From a virus (Duplodnaviria; Caudoviricetes), in IMG/VR virus record IMGVR_UViG_3300049009_000676, positions 1-40,893 of that record: a DNA stretch of 40,893 nucleotides. One strand, written 5' to 3'. Shown here in pieces: positions 18,355-27,545 of the stretch. Within the stretch, counting starts at the first letter, position 1. The number at the start of each line of letters is the position of its first letter. The position numbers were made by a program, and so were the translations under genes. A model generated the notes under the pieces. That model saw only the letters and a list, made by a program, of their open reading frames with translations. It had not been told where the DNA came from and searched no databases.

Positions 18355-18803
18355 GGCCCACAATCCGAGATGCCAACCCGTTTGACATCCCGGCAATATT
18401 GGGGATGCTGCGGCAGTACCGCGCATTTGCGCCGCTGGAATTCTTGCGGGAAGTGGATGACGAAATCTACATCACGCAGGTGCTGACGGAAATAATGGCG
18501 GGTCGCGGGATTGCCTTGGTCGCGGAGACGGATAAAATTGACGGGATGTTGCTGGCGGCTATTTTGCCAAGTGCCTGGAGCCCCAAGCATCTGGTGATGA
18601 TGGAGATGGCCTTCTGGATCAACGTAGAGGCTCGCGGCGGCTCTGCAGCGCACAGGTTGATAGCAGCCTACGTTGAACATGGAAACGCGCTTAAATCGCA
18701 GAATCGCATCTCGGCCTTCTTCATCAGCAAGATGGTGAATAGCCCAGACTTGAAATATGACAAGTTTGGTTTTAAGAAATTAGAAGATTTTTGGGTGATC
18801 TAA
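18351..18803 (+). CDS. GNAT-fold acetyltransferase-like protein
   Basis: IRDA...DIPAI, EMAFWINVEARGG and YDKFGFK GNAT-like motifs. Confidence 0.7.
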   Translation: MRPTIRDANPFDIPAILGMLRQYRAFAPLEFLREVDDEIYITQVLTEIMAGRGIALVAETDKIDGMLLAAILPSAWSPKHLVMMEMAFWINVEARGGSAAHRLIAAYVEHGNALKSQNRISAFFISKMVNSPDLKYDKFGFKKLEDFWVI

Positions 18804-18804
18804 G

Positions 18805-21800
18805 ATGCCAAGTTCAATAATTCTGACGGCAGTTTTTGGGTCTGTAGCAGCAGCAACCGCTGCCATTGGTGCTGCAGGTGTCGCCATTGCATCGTTCGCC
18901 ATCAACATCGTGGCGTCCATGATCGTCAGCAAAGCATTTGCACCCAACGTGGACAATGCCGCGATCAATGCTGCTGGCGCAAATCCTGGCAATCGTCAGC
19001 AATTGCCACCGGCTGGCGAGAACAAACTGCCGGTGCTGTACGGCTCGGGCTACATTGGCGGCATGGTGACTGACCTAAGCATCACCACCAACAATCAAAT
19101 TCTTTACTATGTGTTGTCGCTGGCAGAAGTCACCAACACCGAAACTGGCGGCACAGCAGACACATACAGTTTCGGAGATGTTTATTTCGGCGGCAAGAAA
19201 TGTGTTTTTGATGGCGCGGATTTGACCAAAGTTGTCGGGCTGCTGGACGAATCCACCGGCTTGACTGACACCACCGTGTCGGGCAATCTGTTTTTCTATC
19301 TTTATCGGAATGGTTCATCGTCTGGAGTAAACACCGCGCAGACTGCCATTGCCGTCATGCAAGACATCGATTGCGTCTACCAGTGGGACAATACCAAGCT
19401 GATGAGCAACTGCGCGTTCGCCATCATGAAGATGGTGTACAACCAAAATGCCAATCTGACGGGCATTCAGCAAACCAAATTTCAACTCACCAACAGCCGC
19501 ACCAAACCGGGCGATTGCTTCACTGATTACTTGACCTCCACTCGGTATGGCGCGGCTGTTCCGGTGGCTGGCATTGATGCCGCGACGATGACTGCGCTGA
19601 ATGTTTACAGTGATGGCGCATTCTCCTACACCAACAGCTCAGGCGTGCAGACGCAAGCCCGATTCAGGTTTGATGGAACCCTGGACACCAACCAGACCAT
19701 CATGAACAATCTGCAACTCATGGCAAGCTGCTGCGATTGTTTGGTCAAGTACAACGAAATCTCTGGCTTGTGGGGTGTGATTGTTCAATCGCCAGCCTAT
19801 ACCGTTGCGATGGCGCTGTCTGATTCCAACATCATCTCAGCATTCCAAATCACACCAACCGATATTGCGTCCAGCTACAACATCGCAGAGGTCAAATTCC
19901 CCGATGGGACAGCGCAAGATGCATTTGCCACAGCCACGTTCAATCTCGCGGTGATCAACCCGGCACTCATGTATTCCAATGAGCCAGTAAACAAACAGGT
20001 CATCAACCTGCCGCTGGTCAGCAACAACGTGCGAGCGCAATATTTAGCCAACAGGTTTTTAAAATCAGGCAGAGAAGACTTGAACCTGCGTTGCTCCATA
20101 AATTATGTCGGCCTGCAGTTGGAAGCTGGCGATGTGGTGACCGTCACCAACACAAATTATGGTTGGGCTGCCAAACTGTTCCGCATTAATCAGGTTGTGG
20201 AGAATTTTGGCGATGATGGCACAATCAACGCGACTCTGGCGTTGATGGAATTTAATCCCACCGTCTATGACGATATAAGCATCACGCAATTTGTGACTGC
20301 CCCAAACACAGGCATCAGTTCGCCTTTGGCCTTTGGCACGTTGTTTGCGCCAAGCATCACCAACCAATTGCCTTCCGCTGCTGTGCCATCTTTTGGCGTT
20401 ATCGTAACTGCCGCAAGTTCAGGCATCACGCAATATGCAGAAGTTTATTATTCTGCCTACGCAACTCCAACGGAATCACAGCGGCTGTTTGCAGGCACAA
20501 CAGCCATCAATCCTGGCGGCAATCCCTACACGCCCAGCTTGAGCATGGGCACTGTGACCTTAAATACGCTGGCTGGTGGCGATTGGTATTTCTTTGTTCG
20601 CATGGTCAATGGCCTTGGCAAAAGTCCATTCTCTTCAGCATCAGCTGTGCTAAAGTGGCGGCCAACAACTTTCCAATATGTGGATAGATATTTGGCAGTT
20701 GCATATGCAGACAACATCACAGGCACATCAGGGTTTAGCTATTCGCCGCGCAACAAAGGGTTCTACGGATTGTTCAACAATACAGTAGCCAACGGAGGAA
20801 CAGACCCAACCCTGTACACATGGTACACAGCCAGTTCCAATTTCAGCACGGACAATTATTTGCTGTACGGCAACCGATCCAACCGCAAGTTTAGTTTTGC
20901 AGTTGGCAACGCTGGCTACATCAATCTTGGCGGTGCATTTGTACCAAGCAACACTGCTGTGTACGATTCCAGCGTCTGGGGCGCGGCAGTTGACCCCACA
21001 GGCGGCTTGCAGACTTTTATTGATCTGGACGCTCGCACCGGGCAATCTATTCTTGTGGGATCGACAGGCAACAACGTGAATGATGGTTTCCTGTCGGTGA
21101 CCAACAATACCGATGGAACAATGAAAGTCAATCTGCACGACTTTCTTAATTTTGGCTCTGGCATTTATACCAAGAATTTTGCAGCCGCGACTTTGACCAT
21201 TGACATCTATGGGCGTGTGGTTGGGTTTACGCAAGAGGATGATTTCTTCTATACGGAAACAGTTTTTATTGCAACAGCCGCGCAGACCACTTTCTCTTTA
21301 ACGCATATCGTTGGTTATATTCTGGTGTTCCGAAATGGCGTGCTTTTGAACTCTGCCGAGTACACGGAGACAAGCACCACGGTGGTCATGACGAATGCTT
21401 GCGCGGCTGGGGAAACGGTTGTGACAATTTACATGCGGGCAGTAAGCACCAGCGCATATTATGAGCCGCTGAACATCACGATTGCATCCAACACCAGTAA
21501 CTCCATCACTTACAGCAGCGCACCCTGGACTGCCATCACCGCTGGCGAGTTGCTGACTTTTAGCAACACGGGAACACCGACTCAATACACGGTGTCTACC
21601 GTCAACACAACCACCAAAGTTATCACCTTCACAGCAACCATTTCAGGCGCAACAGCAGGCAACACGGTTTATCGGTATCGGGCGGCAGGCTCCAACTATG
21701 CACCATTCACCCGGTTTGACCAGGACGTCGCCGCCATTACCACTTTCTCGCCAACAACCTATGCGCTGAACAATGGCTTTGAAATGATCTATGTGAACGG

Positions 21801-22146
21801 ATCACAGATCAACGAAATTGATTACAACTTGGTCGGCAATGTGTTGGATGGTTTTCCTTCGGTTGTGACGGGCAAACTGTCCATCGTCCAGTTCTGGCAG
21901 AACAACCTTGGTGTGCCTGCAAGCAATGTCGCCAACACCACAGCATATTCCACCACAGCACAAACGACATACCCATTCGCCAGCAACCCGTTGTCGATGG
22001 AGTTGTATGCAAATGGTGCATTCCTCACCAAAGGCGCAGGGTATGATTACACGGCAAGTGCGGCAAACTTTATTTTGACCACAGCATACAACAACAACTC
22101 GACATTATTTAATCAGCAAACATTTGCCCGGATTGGAGCCGCCTGA
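18805..22146 (+). CDS. Central tail tip / host-specificity protein (J/Tal-like)
   Basis: LPVLYG, DYLTSTRYGA and LQLEAGDVVTV motifs, an FN3-like segment, and C-terminal repeated beta modules (QTTF...VFRNG...EY). Confidence 0.85.
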   Translation: MPSSIILTAVFGSVAAATAAIGAAGVAIASFAINIVASMIVSKAFAPNVDNAAINAAGANPGNRQQLPPAGENKLPVLYGSGYIGGMVTDLSITTNNQILYYVLSLAEVTNTETGGTADTYSFGDVYFGGKKCVFDGADLTKVVGLLDESTGLTDTTVSGNLFFYLYRNGSSSGVNTAQTAIAVMQDIDCVYQWDNTKLMSNCAFAIMKMVYNQNANLTGIQQTKFQLTNSRTKPGDCFTDYLTSTRYGAAVPVAGIDAATMTALNVYSDGAFSYTNSSGVQTQARFRFDGTLDTNQTIMNNLQLMASCCDCLVKYNEISGLWGVIVQSPAYTVAMALSDSNIISAFQITPTDIASSYNIAEVKFPDGTAQDAFATATFNLAVINPALMYSNEPVNKQVINLPLVSNNVRAQYLANRFLKSGREDLNLRCSINYVGLQLEAGDVVTVTNTNYGWAAKLFRINQVVENFGDDGTINATLALMEFNPTVYDDISITQFVTAPNTGISSPLAFGTLFAPSITNQLPSAAVPSFGVIVTAASSGITQYAEVYYSAYATPTESQRLFAGTTAINPGGNPYTPSLSMGTVTLNTLAGGDWYFFVRMVNGLGKSPFSSASAVLKWRPTTFQYVDRYLAVAYADNITGTSGFSYSPRNKGFYGLFNNTVANGGTDPTLYTWYTASSNFSTDNYLLYGNRSNRKFSFAVGNAGYINLGGAFVPSNTAVYDSSVWGAAVDPTGGLQTFIDLDARTGQSILVGSTGNNVNDGFLSVTNNTDGTMKVNLHDFLNFGSGIYTKNFAAATLTIDIYGRVVGFTQEDDFFYTETVFIATAAQTTFSLTHIVGYILVFRNGVLLNSAEYTETSTTVVMTNACAAGETVVTIYMRAVSTSAYYEPLNITIASNTSNSITYSSAPWTAITAGELLTFSNTGTPTQYTVSTVNTTTKVITFTATISGATAGNTVYRYRAAGSNYAPFTRFDQDVAAITTFSPTTYALNNGFEMIYVNGSQINEIDYNLVGNVLDGFPSVVTGKLSIVQFWQNNLGVPASNVANTTAYSTTAQTTYPFASNPLSMELYANGAFLTKGAGYDYTASAANFILTTAYNNNSTLFNQQTFARIGAA

Positions 22147-22727
22147 TGACACAAGCATACAACCTTTCGCAGCTTGCGAACAACCTCAACAGCACCGGGC
22201 AGCTAGACGCCACGGATGGCTTGGTTAATGCCGTGCCAATTGCAAATGGCGGCACAGGCGCATCAAGTGCCTCCGGAGCCAGGACGAACCTTGATGTGGC
22301 ACAAGCTGTTTACGCAGTGCCTGCAGGCGGCATCATCATGTGGTCAGGCAGCGTGGGTTCAATCCCAACGGGATGGTTCCTCTGCAACGGAGCCAACGGC
22401 ACACCCAACCTGCTAGACCGATTTGTAATTGCCGCAGGATCAACTTATGCAGTTGCAGCGACAGGCGGCAGTGCCAATGCGATTGTGGTCAGCCACACTC
22501 ACACAGCGACGGTCACTGACCCTGGACACGTTCATGCATTCAGTGCTGACCAGCAAGTTCTAAACGCATCTGGGTTTTATGGCGGTGGCCCTGTCGGCAT
22601 TACACAAACCAACAACACATCATCAGCAGTGACTGGCATATCTGTTGCCAACAGCACCGCAGGCAGCAGCGGAACCAACGCCAATTTGCCGCCATATTAC
22701 GCACTTGCGTTTATCATGAAATCTTGA
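22146..22727 (+). CDS. Tail collar domain / short fibre protein
   Basis: PAGGIIMWSG...IPTGWFLCNGANGTPNLLDRF, HTH, NLPPYYALAFIMK. Confidence 0.85.
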   Translation: MTQAYNLSQLANNLNSTGQLDATDGLVNAVPIANGGTGASSASGARTNLDVAQAVYAVPAGGIIMWSGSVGSIPTGWFLCNGANGTPNLLDRFVIAAGSTYAVAATGGSANAIVVSHTHTATVTDPGHVHAFSADQQVLNASGFYGGGPVGITQTNNTSSAVTGISVANSTAGSSGTNANLPPYYALAFIMKS

Positions 22728-22737
22728 TCTGGGGCAA

Positions 22738-22995
22738 ATGATGACTGACGATGATTTCCGACGTTTGGAGAGCAAAGTGGACAAGCTGACAGACGCTGTT
22801 GGCAAGTTAATCCTGTTCGAGGAACGACAGGCAACTCAAGGTCAACGGCTTGGCAATGTAGAAACCAAAATTGGCATTCATGAGGTTTCCCTGCAACGGG
22901 TTGACCGCAAAGTGGATCAATGGGTCAATCGCGGCATCGGCATATGGGCGGCTGCTGCAGTGGTGTTTTCTTTTGTTCAATTCTGGAAGAAATAA
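22738..22995 (+). CDS. Coiled-coil protein with C-terminal TM (lysis-associated)
   Basis: Heptad N-terminus plus hydrophobic GIGIWAAAAVVFSFVQFW; directly before the holin. Confidence 0.65.
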   Translation: MMTDDDFRRLESKVDKLTDAVGKLILFEERQATQGQRLGNVETKIGIHEVSLQRVDRKVDQWVNRGIGIWAAAAVVFSFVQFWKK

Positions 22996-22996
22996 A

Positions 22997-23383
22997 ATGA
23001 TTGGACTAGACGCGCTCCTTGGAATCGGCGGCAAGCTGATTGACAAACTGATCCCTGACCCAGCCGCGCAAGACGCTGCACGGTTGGAGCTGCTCAAGCT
23101 GCAACAGTCGGGCGAGCTGGCGGCCATGACCGCGCAGACCGAGATCAACAAAGTAGAAGCCAGCAACCCGAGCGTGTTTGTCAGCGGCTGGCGTCCCGCA
23201 ATCGGCTGGGTCTGCGCCTTGGCGATGGGTTACCAGTATTTGGCTCGGCCCTTCATGACGGCATTCTATCCTGCGCTGACATTCCCCGGCTTGGACGATA
23301 ACCTGTGGCAGCTGATGATGGGTATGCTTGGGTTGGGCGGTCTGCGGACGTTTGAGAAGACTCAAGGCGTGGCATCAAAATGA
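22997..23383 (+). CDS. Holin (3TM, GTA-holin-like)
   Basis: Start moved to ATG 22997; INKVEA...FVSGWRPAIGWVC and MLGLGGLRTFEK signature. Confidence 0.85.
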   Translation: MIGLDALLGIGGKLIDKLIPDPAAQDAARLELLKLQQSGELAAMTAQTEINKVEASNPSVFVSGWRPAIGWVCALAMGYQYLARPFMTAFYPALTFPGLDDNLWQLMMGMLGLGGLRTFEKTQGVASK

Positions 23384-23811
23384 ACCTGTCGCCGCACTTT
23401 ACGCTTGCGGAGCTAACGGTCACAGATCACCGCGAGTTTGACAACACGCCCAACGCTGCTGAGATTGCCAACCTGACCCGGCTGGCACAGTTTCTGGAGT
23501 TGGGGAAGGCCAAGCTGGACGGCAAGCCAATCATGGTCAACTCAGCTTTTAGGTCTAAGCAGGTCAATGATGCTGTTGGAAGCAAAGACACCAGCCAGCA
23601 CCGACTAGGTTGCGCCGCAGACATTCGCGTCCCCGGCATGACCCCTGACCAAGTTGTGCGAGCCATAATGAGCCATGGGCTCTACTATGACCAGATCATT
23701 CGTGAATTCGACTCATGGACGCACATCAGCATCCCCAACTTGCCCGATTCCCTTCCGCGACGCCAAGCGTTGGTGATTGATCGGGCTGGAACCAGGCCTT
23801 ACACGCGTTAA
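23380..23811 (+). CDS. Endolysin, peptidase M15A-like
   Basis: LSPHFTLAEL, NSAFRS..VN.AVGS..TSQH..G.AADI and WTHIS Zn-peptidase motifs. Confidence 0.9.
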   Translation: MNLSPHFTLAELTVTDHREFDNTPNAAEIANLTRLAQFLELGKAKLDGKPIMVNSAFRSKQVNDAVGSKDTSQHRLGCAADIRVPGMTPDQVVRAIMSHGLYYDQIIREFDSWTHISIPNLPDSLPRRQALVIDRAGTRPYTR

Positions 23812-23849
23812 AAATCCCAGCCCAGGCGGTTGGCGCCTGCAACTGGGAT
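23810..23849 (-). terminator. Rho-independent terminator between the convergent operons
   Basis: ATCCCAG/CTGGGAT outer stem and CAGGCG/CGCCTG inner stem; AAAAA at 23810-23814 gives a U-tract on the - strand. Confidence 0.75.
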
Positions 23850-23866
23850 CGACGTGCCTACGTCGT

Positions 23867-24709
23867 TTAAAAGCCTCGGGTTGCACTTTCCTCGGTTTCG
23901 GCTGGCGCTTCGTACTTGACCTCGATCGATCCAGCCGAAACGGACGCATGGAATGCTTTTGCAGCGGCATAAAGCTCAGCGCGGCCCACGCTCCCAGCCA
24001 GCTCGAATTTCGTTCCAAACCAAGTGCCTTTGTCGTTGCTTTCCGGAATGGTCGTGAGCCGCACCTGATTGGCGAAGGTTGGCGGCGTGTACATGCCGGA
24101 TGGGCCATTGCGTTTGACGCCAGCCAGTGCGCTCATCAGCATCTTGGACTTCTTGATCTGGGTGCTGGTCAAAGACAACAACGCTTGCGCCCAGCCGCCT
24201 GTCACGGCATCCACCAGCAGCACGTAGTGGTTGCGGGTGTCGCTGATGCGGTCGCACTTCTTTTCGTGCAGGGTGCCATCCGGCATCGGCACATACAGCC
24301 GCCCATCCAAGTCCGCCAGCTGCCCGGCAGCGCGCATCCCGGCCACATGGTCAGCCGACATCTCACCTTTAAACCCGGAGCCTTGCGTGCCTTTCGGTGC
24401 CCAGCGCAGGAACACACGGCGATAGGCGCAAGGGATAATGATCACGCCTTCTTTGCCGTCAAACATGCGGCCAGCCACGTTGTCCCAAAGCATCCCAGCC
24501 TTGGCACCTTTGATGGCAGCTCCGGATGCCTCATCCACCTGCGGCGATCCTTTTTGCAGCACAGACAAGAACGGAATGGCAAACGACTCGCTCGTCGCTC
24601 CCTCCATGCCGGAGCCTGCATCTGCAGCAAACATGTCTTCGGGGATTGCCACTGCAGAGTTGGTGACCAAGGCGACTTCTTTCTCAGTTTTTGAATTGGC
24701 TTTTGCCAT
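23867..24709 (-). CDS. Probable single-stranded DNA-binding protein
   Basis: IPFLSVLQKGSPQV family motif; acidic tail ending in Phe (ETEESATRGF); last gene of the replication operon; GGAG SD. Confidence 0.65.
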   Translation of the reverse strand: MAKANSKTEKEVALVTNSAVAIPEDMFAADAGSGMEGATSESFAIPFLSVLQKGSPQVDEASGAAIKGAKAGMLWDNVAGRMFDGKEGVIIIPCAYRRVFLRWAPKGTQGSGFKGEMSADHVAGMRAAGQLADLDGRLYVPMPDGTLHEKKCDRISDTRNHYVLLVDAVTGGWAQALLSLTSTQIKKSKMLMSALAGVKRNGPSGMYTPPTFANQVRLTTIPESNDKGTWFGTKFELAGSVGRAELYAAAKAFHASVSAGSIEVKYEAPAETEESATRGF

Positions 24710-24723
24710 AAAATTCTCCAGTT

Positions 24724-24759
24724 GCTCGCACTTGAAAAGGGCGGCGAGCGTCAGCCCTT
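24724..24759 (-). promoter_or_regulatory. H-type RNA pseudoknot just upstream of the SSB Shine-Dalgarno
   Basis: mRNA reads AAGGGC-UGAC-GCUCGC-C-GCCCUU-UUCAAGU-GCGAGC-AACU-GGAG-AAUUUU-AUG: two interleaved perfect 6-bp stems. Confidence 0.65.
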
Positions 24760-25276
24760 ATTTTGTTTTGGCCTTTGTGAGTTTGGCTTTGCTGTAAGGA
24801 CGAATCCCAAACAGCTCTTGCGGGATGCTGGTGCCAGCCGCCATCTGCTCTTTGATAAATGCCTTGAGCGTCTGTGGGTGGACACCTTCGCGCAGATCCG
24901 GCAAACGGCCAGTGGCGTCGTGGATCTGCCTCGCAACCACCAACGCTTCTTCGTGCTCGTCGCGGCCAAATTCGACTGTGACTGCGGACTTGATGATGCC
25001 GCCGAACCCGTTGTTAGTCAGCCACTCGTGTGCGCGCATGCGGCGATCTTCGCTGATGTTGCAGTCGACTTCGTCCACCACTTTGACGGACGAACCATCA
25101 GCCAGCTTGATCTCAGACAAGCCAAGCTCACGCATCAGCTCCGGCAAATCCTCTTCCTGCAGGCGGCGGACTTCCTCTTTGGCCTCTTGCAGCTCGGTGG
25201 CGAGGGCAGCTGCGCCAGCCTCGGCATTCCGAAGCAACCTGGACAGGTGTGCAATTTGGTTTAGTGCGTCGCTCAT
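24758..25276 (-). CDS. Conserved phage replication-module protein (coiled coil plus HPQTL motif)
   Basis: Start moved to ATG 25276 (ATGA overlap, GGAG SD); LPELM.ELGL...LADG and VHPQTLKAF. Confidence 0.75.
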   Translation of the reverse strand: MSDALNQIAHLSRLLRNAEAGAAALATELQEAKEEVRRLQEEDLPELMRELGLSEIKLADGSSVKVVDEVDCNISEDRRMRAHEWLTNNGFGGIIKSAVTVEFGRDEHEEALVVARQIHDATGRLPDLREGVHPQTLKAFIKEQMAAGTSIPQELFGIRPYSKAKLTKAKTK

Positions 25277-25608
25277 ATTGACATCTCCGCAGCAAGGTAG
25301 TCGGATGTCATGCGATCCCACTTTAGCAGCCGCAGCAGGCCTCCAGTTTTGCGACACGCGATGCACGCAGCCGCAGCAATCAGCGAAGGGTCGCCAACAG
25401 CCACCAGCCAATCGTCTTTGGTGAATTCTTCCATGCCTGACTTCAGCGCAGCCAAAAGCGGCACTGTGTGCAGGCGGTTGGCGTTGGGTGGGAGCAGGAC
25501 AACAAGCTCGCCGAATTTCTCAGCAGGTTGCATGTTCATCGTTGGGATCCACAGCCGTGTCGATACATCGAACCGGCTGGGTTGTTGAGGAGCGAAGACT
25601 CTTGCCAT
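25273..25608 (-). CDS. Hypothetical protein
   Basis: AGAAAGGA SD; FGEL..LL, DDWLVAVGDP, LLKWDR..Y; coupled to the downstream gene. Confidence 0.75.
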   Translation of the reverse strand: MARVFAPQQPSRFDVSTRLWIPTMNMQPAEKFGELVVLLPPNANRLHTVPLLAALKSGMEEFTKDDWLVAVGDPSLIAAAACIACRKTGGLLRLLKWDRMTSDYLAAEMSI

Positions 25609-25644
25609 AAATTAATCCTTTCTAGAAGCGGTAATTATCGCCGG

Positions 25645-27123
25645 TTACGAGCGCGCATCGCCGAGAATTGCAGCTGCCATTTCGGACTTTCTCTGCAGTG
25701 ATCGGGAGATGGATTCGTCCACCGTGCCTGTGGCCACCAAGTCGATGTACACCACGTTGGTTTTTGTGCCAATGCGGTGTGCACGGTCTTCCGATTGTTT
25801 GCGCGTCTCGGAGTTGTAATCGTTGGAATAATACACCACGGTTTGCGCAGCGGTGAGCGTCAACCCAATGCCGCCAGACTGCGGCTGCCCGACGAATACG
25901 TTTGCCGCGCCAGACTGGAACTCATCCACAGCCCGATCCCGGTCAGCATCGCTCACGCTTCCGTGATACTCCACCACCACCCGGCCAGCCTGAGTCAGCG
26001 CGGCGGCGACGGCACGCAGCTCTTCCTTGAACCTTGCCCACACGATGATTTTTCCCTGTGCATCCTCCACCAAATCCAGCAGCGCAGCGAGGCGCGGATT
26101 GCCGTCCCCGACGTACATGATGTCGCGCTGCGGCGTAATGACAAACCCGCTGGTGATCTGCTGCAACTTGACCAATGCCGCGAGCGCCGACACAGTCATC
26201 ATCTCTGCAGGAGCAATCGTGTCCGACTCAATGCGCAGCTCGTCGCGCAGCAGCTCGTATGCGCGTTGTTGCGCTGGCAAAAGCTCAAAGTACACCTGCT
26301 GGTAGATTTTGTCTGGCAAATCCAGGCAGTCTTTTTTGAGCACCCGGAACGAATGCGGCTCAAGCAGCTTCTGCAGCTTGTCAAGGTTCCGCCACCGTGG
26401 CGTGCCATCTTCGTTCCGTGCAACAATCTGCGCGTGCGCGGCCTTGGGGTTGCGCCTCGCCATGTTCATTATCATGGGGCTGTTGGAGCTGACTAGGTCT
26501 GCGTATTCAGAAACGAAAGACCGATAGCTGGTTGTGCCCAACAGCCCCGACTCAAGAAACTCCATCTGCGCAAACACGTCCATCGGCGCATTGGTGATTG
26601 GGGTGCCGGTGGCGATGCGTTTGATCTCGGCAAGATGGGACAGCCGCATGATGGCTTGCGTTCTGCCGGAGCTAGGATTCTTGATGCGGCTGGACTCATC
26701 AATCGCCAGAATCGCTCGTGTGGCGCTCAGGAATCGTTTTGCGTAAACAAACCCTGCATCCGTGTTCAAGGCGTCGATGTTGATCGTGAGGATGCGTAGG
26801 TGCAACTCATCTCCGTGCTGCCGCATCGCCATCACCTCATCAATGTAGGCCAGCTGGCGCTTGGTTGCGCCCGACCTCCAGGCTCGCGCGATCAAAGGGC
26901 AATCCATGTGCGCAGGAATCTCGCGGCGAACCCAGTTGGTGTGCACGCCTTTGGGCGCAATGACCAGCATCGCGTCGATCCGCCCAGCCGCGAACAGCCG
27001 CTCTGCATCCGCCAGCAGCGTCCAGGTCTTCCCTGTCCCCTGCTCCATGAATAGCGCATAGCCATCCCTGCCATTCATCCGTCGCAGGGCTTGCAGCTGA
27101 TGTTTCATGCCGGTAGTTTTCAT
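25645..27123 (-). CDS. SNF2-family (SF2) helicase
   Basis: MEQGTGKT, IDESSRIKN, TGTPITN, GGIGLTLTAA, QSEDRAHRIG. Confidence 0.93.
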   Translation of the reverse strand: MKTTGMKHQLQALRRMNGRDGYALFMEQGTGKTWTLLADAERLFAAGRIDAMLVIAPKGVHTNWVRREIPAHMDCPLIARAWRSGATKRQLAYIDEVMAMRQHGDELHLRILTINIDALNTDAGFVYAKRFLSATRAILAIDESSRIKNPSSGRTQAIMRLSHLAEIKRIATGTPITNAPMDVFAQMEFLESGLLGTTSYRSFVSEYADLVSSNSPMIMNMARRNPKAAHAQIVARNEDGTPRWRNLDKLQKLLEPHSFRVLKKDCLDLPDKIYQQVYFELLPAQQRAYELLRDELRIESDTIAPAEMMTVSALAALVKLQQITSGFVITPQRDIMYVGDGNPRLAALLDLVEDAQGKIIVWARFKEELRAVAAALTQAGRVVVEYHGSVSDADRDRAVDEFQSGAANVFVGQPQSGGIGLTLTAAQTVVYYSNDYNSETRKQSEDRAHRIGTKTNVVYIDLVATGTVDESISRSLQRKSEMAAAILGDARS

Positions 27124-27545
27124 GAGAAAGGATCCAGTTGTTCAAACAAGGTTGCCCAGCTGTCTGCGGCACATTGGCGCTGCAGATCTTTGTGGCTCAT
27201 AAAATTTATCGAGTCGGCCAGAGCACCCGGTATTGCGAACACATCTGCTGTGCCCACCCCAACAACAACAAAGCTCTTGCCGCTGTGCGCGTACCATTCA
27301 TAGTGCCAGTTGCGCTGCGCCACACTCAGCCCTTTTGTCGCGCCAAGGACTCGGGAAACCTCGCGCGCAGGGTATGCGTCCACAGACTTGAGCTCAAGCC
27401 AAACAACCCTGCCCGATGCAATTGCGAGCACATCCGGCATCCCAACCCCAGCCAAATTCTCCACACGCTCCAGCCGCAGCTTTGGGGCCAGCGCGGCAGC
27501 GTGCTTACGCATCCTGTCCCACAGGCGTTGTTCAGTTTTACGCAT
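27120..27545 (-). CDS. PD-(D/E)xK nuclease (VRR-NUC / resolvase-like)
   Basis: E..LW, RVEN..GVGMPDV, WLELK, Q..W motifs. Confidence 0.85.
   Translation of the reverse strand: MRKTEQRLWDRMRKHAAALAPKLRLERVENLAGVGMPDVLAIASGRVVWLELKSVDAYPAREVSRVLGATKGLSVAQRNWHYEWYAHSGKSFVVVGVGTADVFAIPGALADSINFMSHKDLQRQCAADSWATLFEQLDPFS

Noticed and set aside
23777-24694. 305-aa + strand ORF after the endolysin
   Set aside because: Antisense shadow of the SSB-like gene; crosses a terminator; no recognisable motifs.
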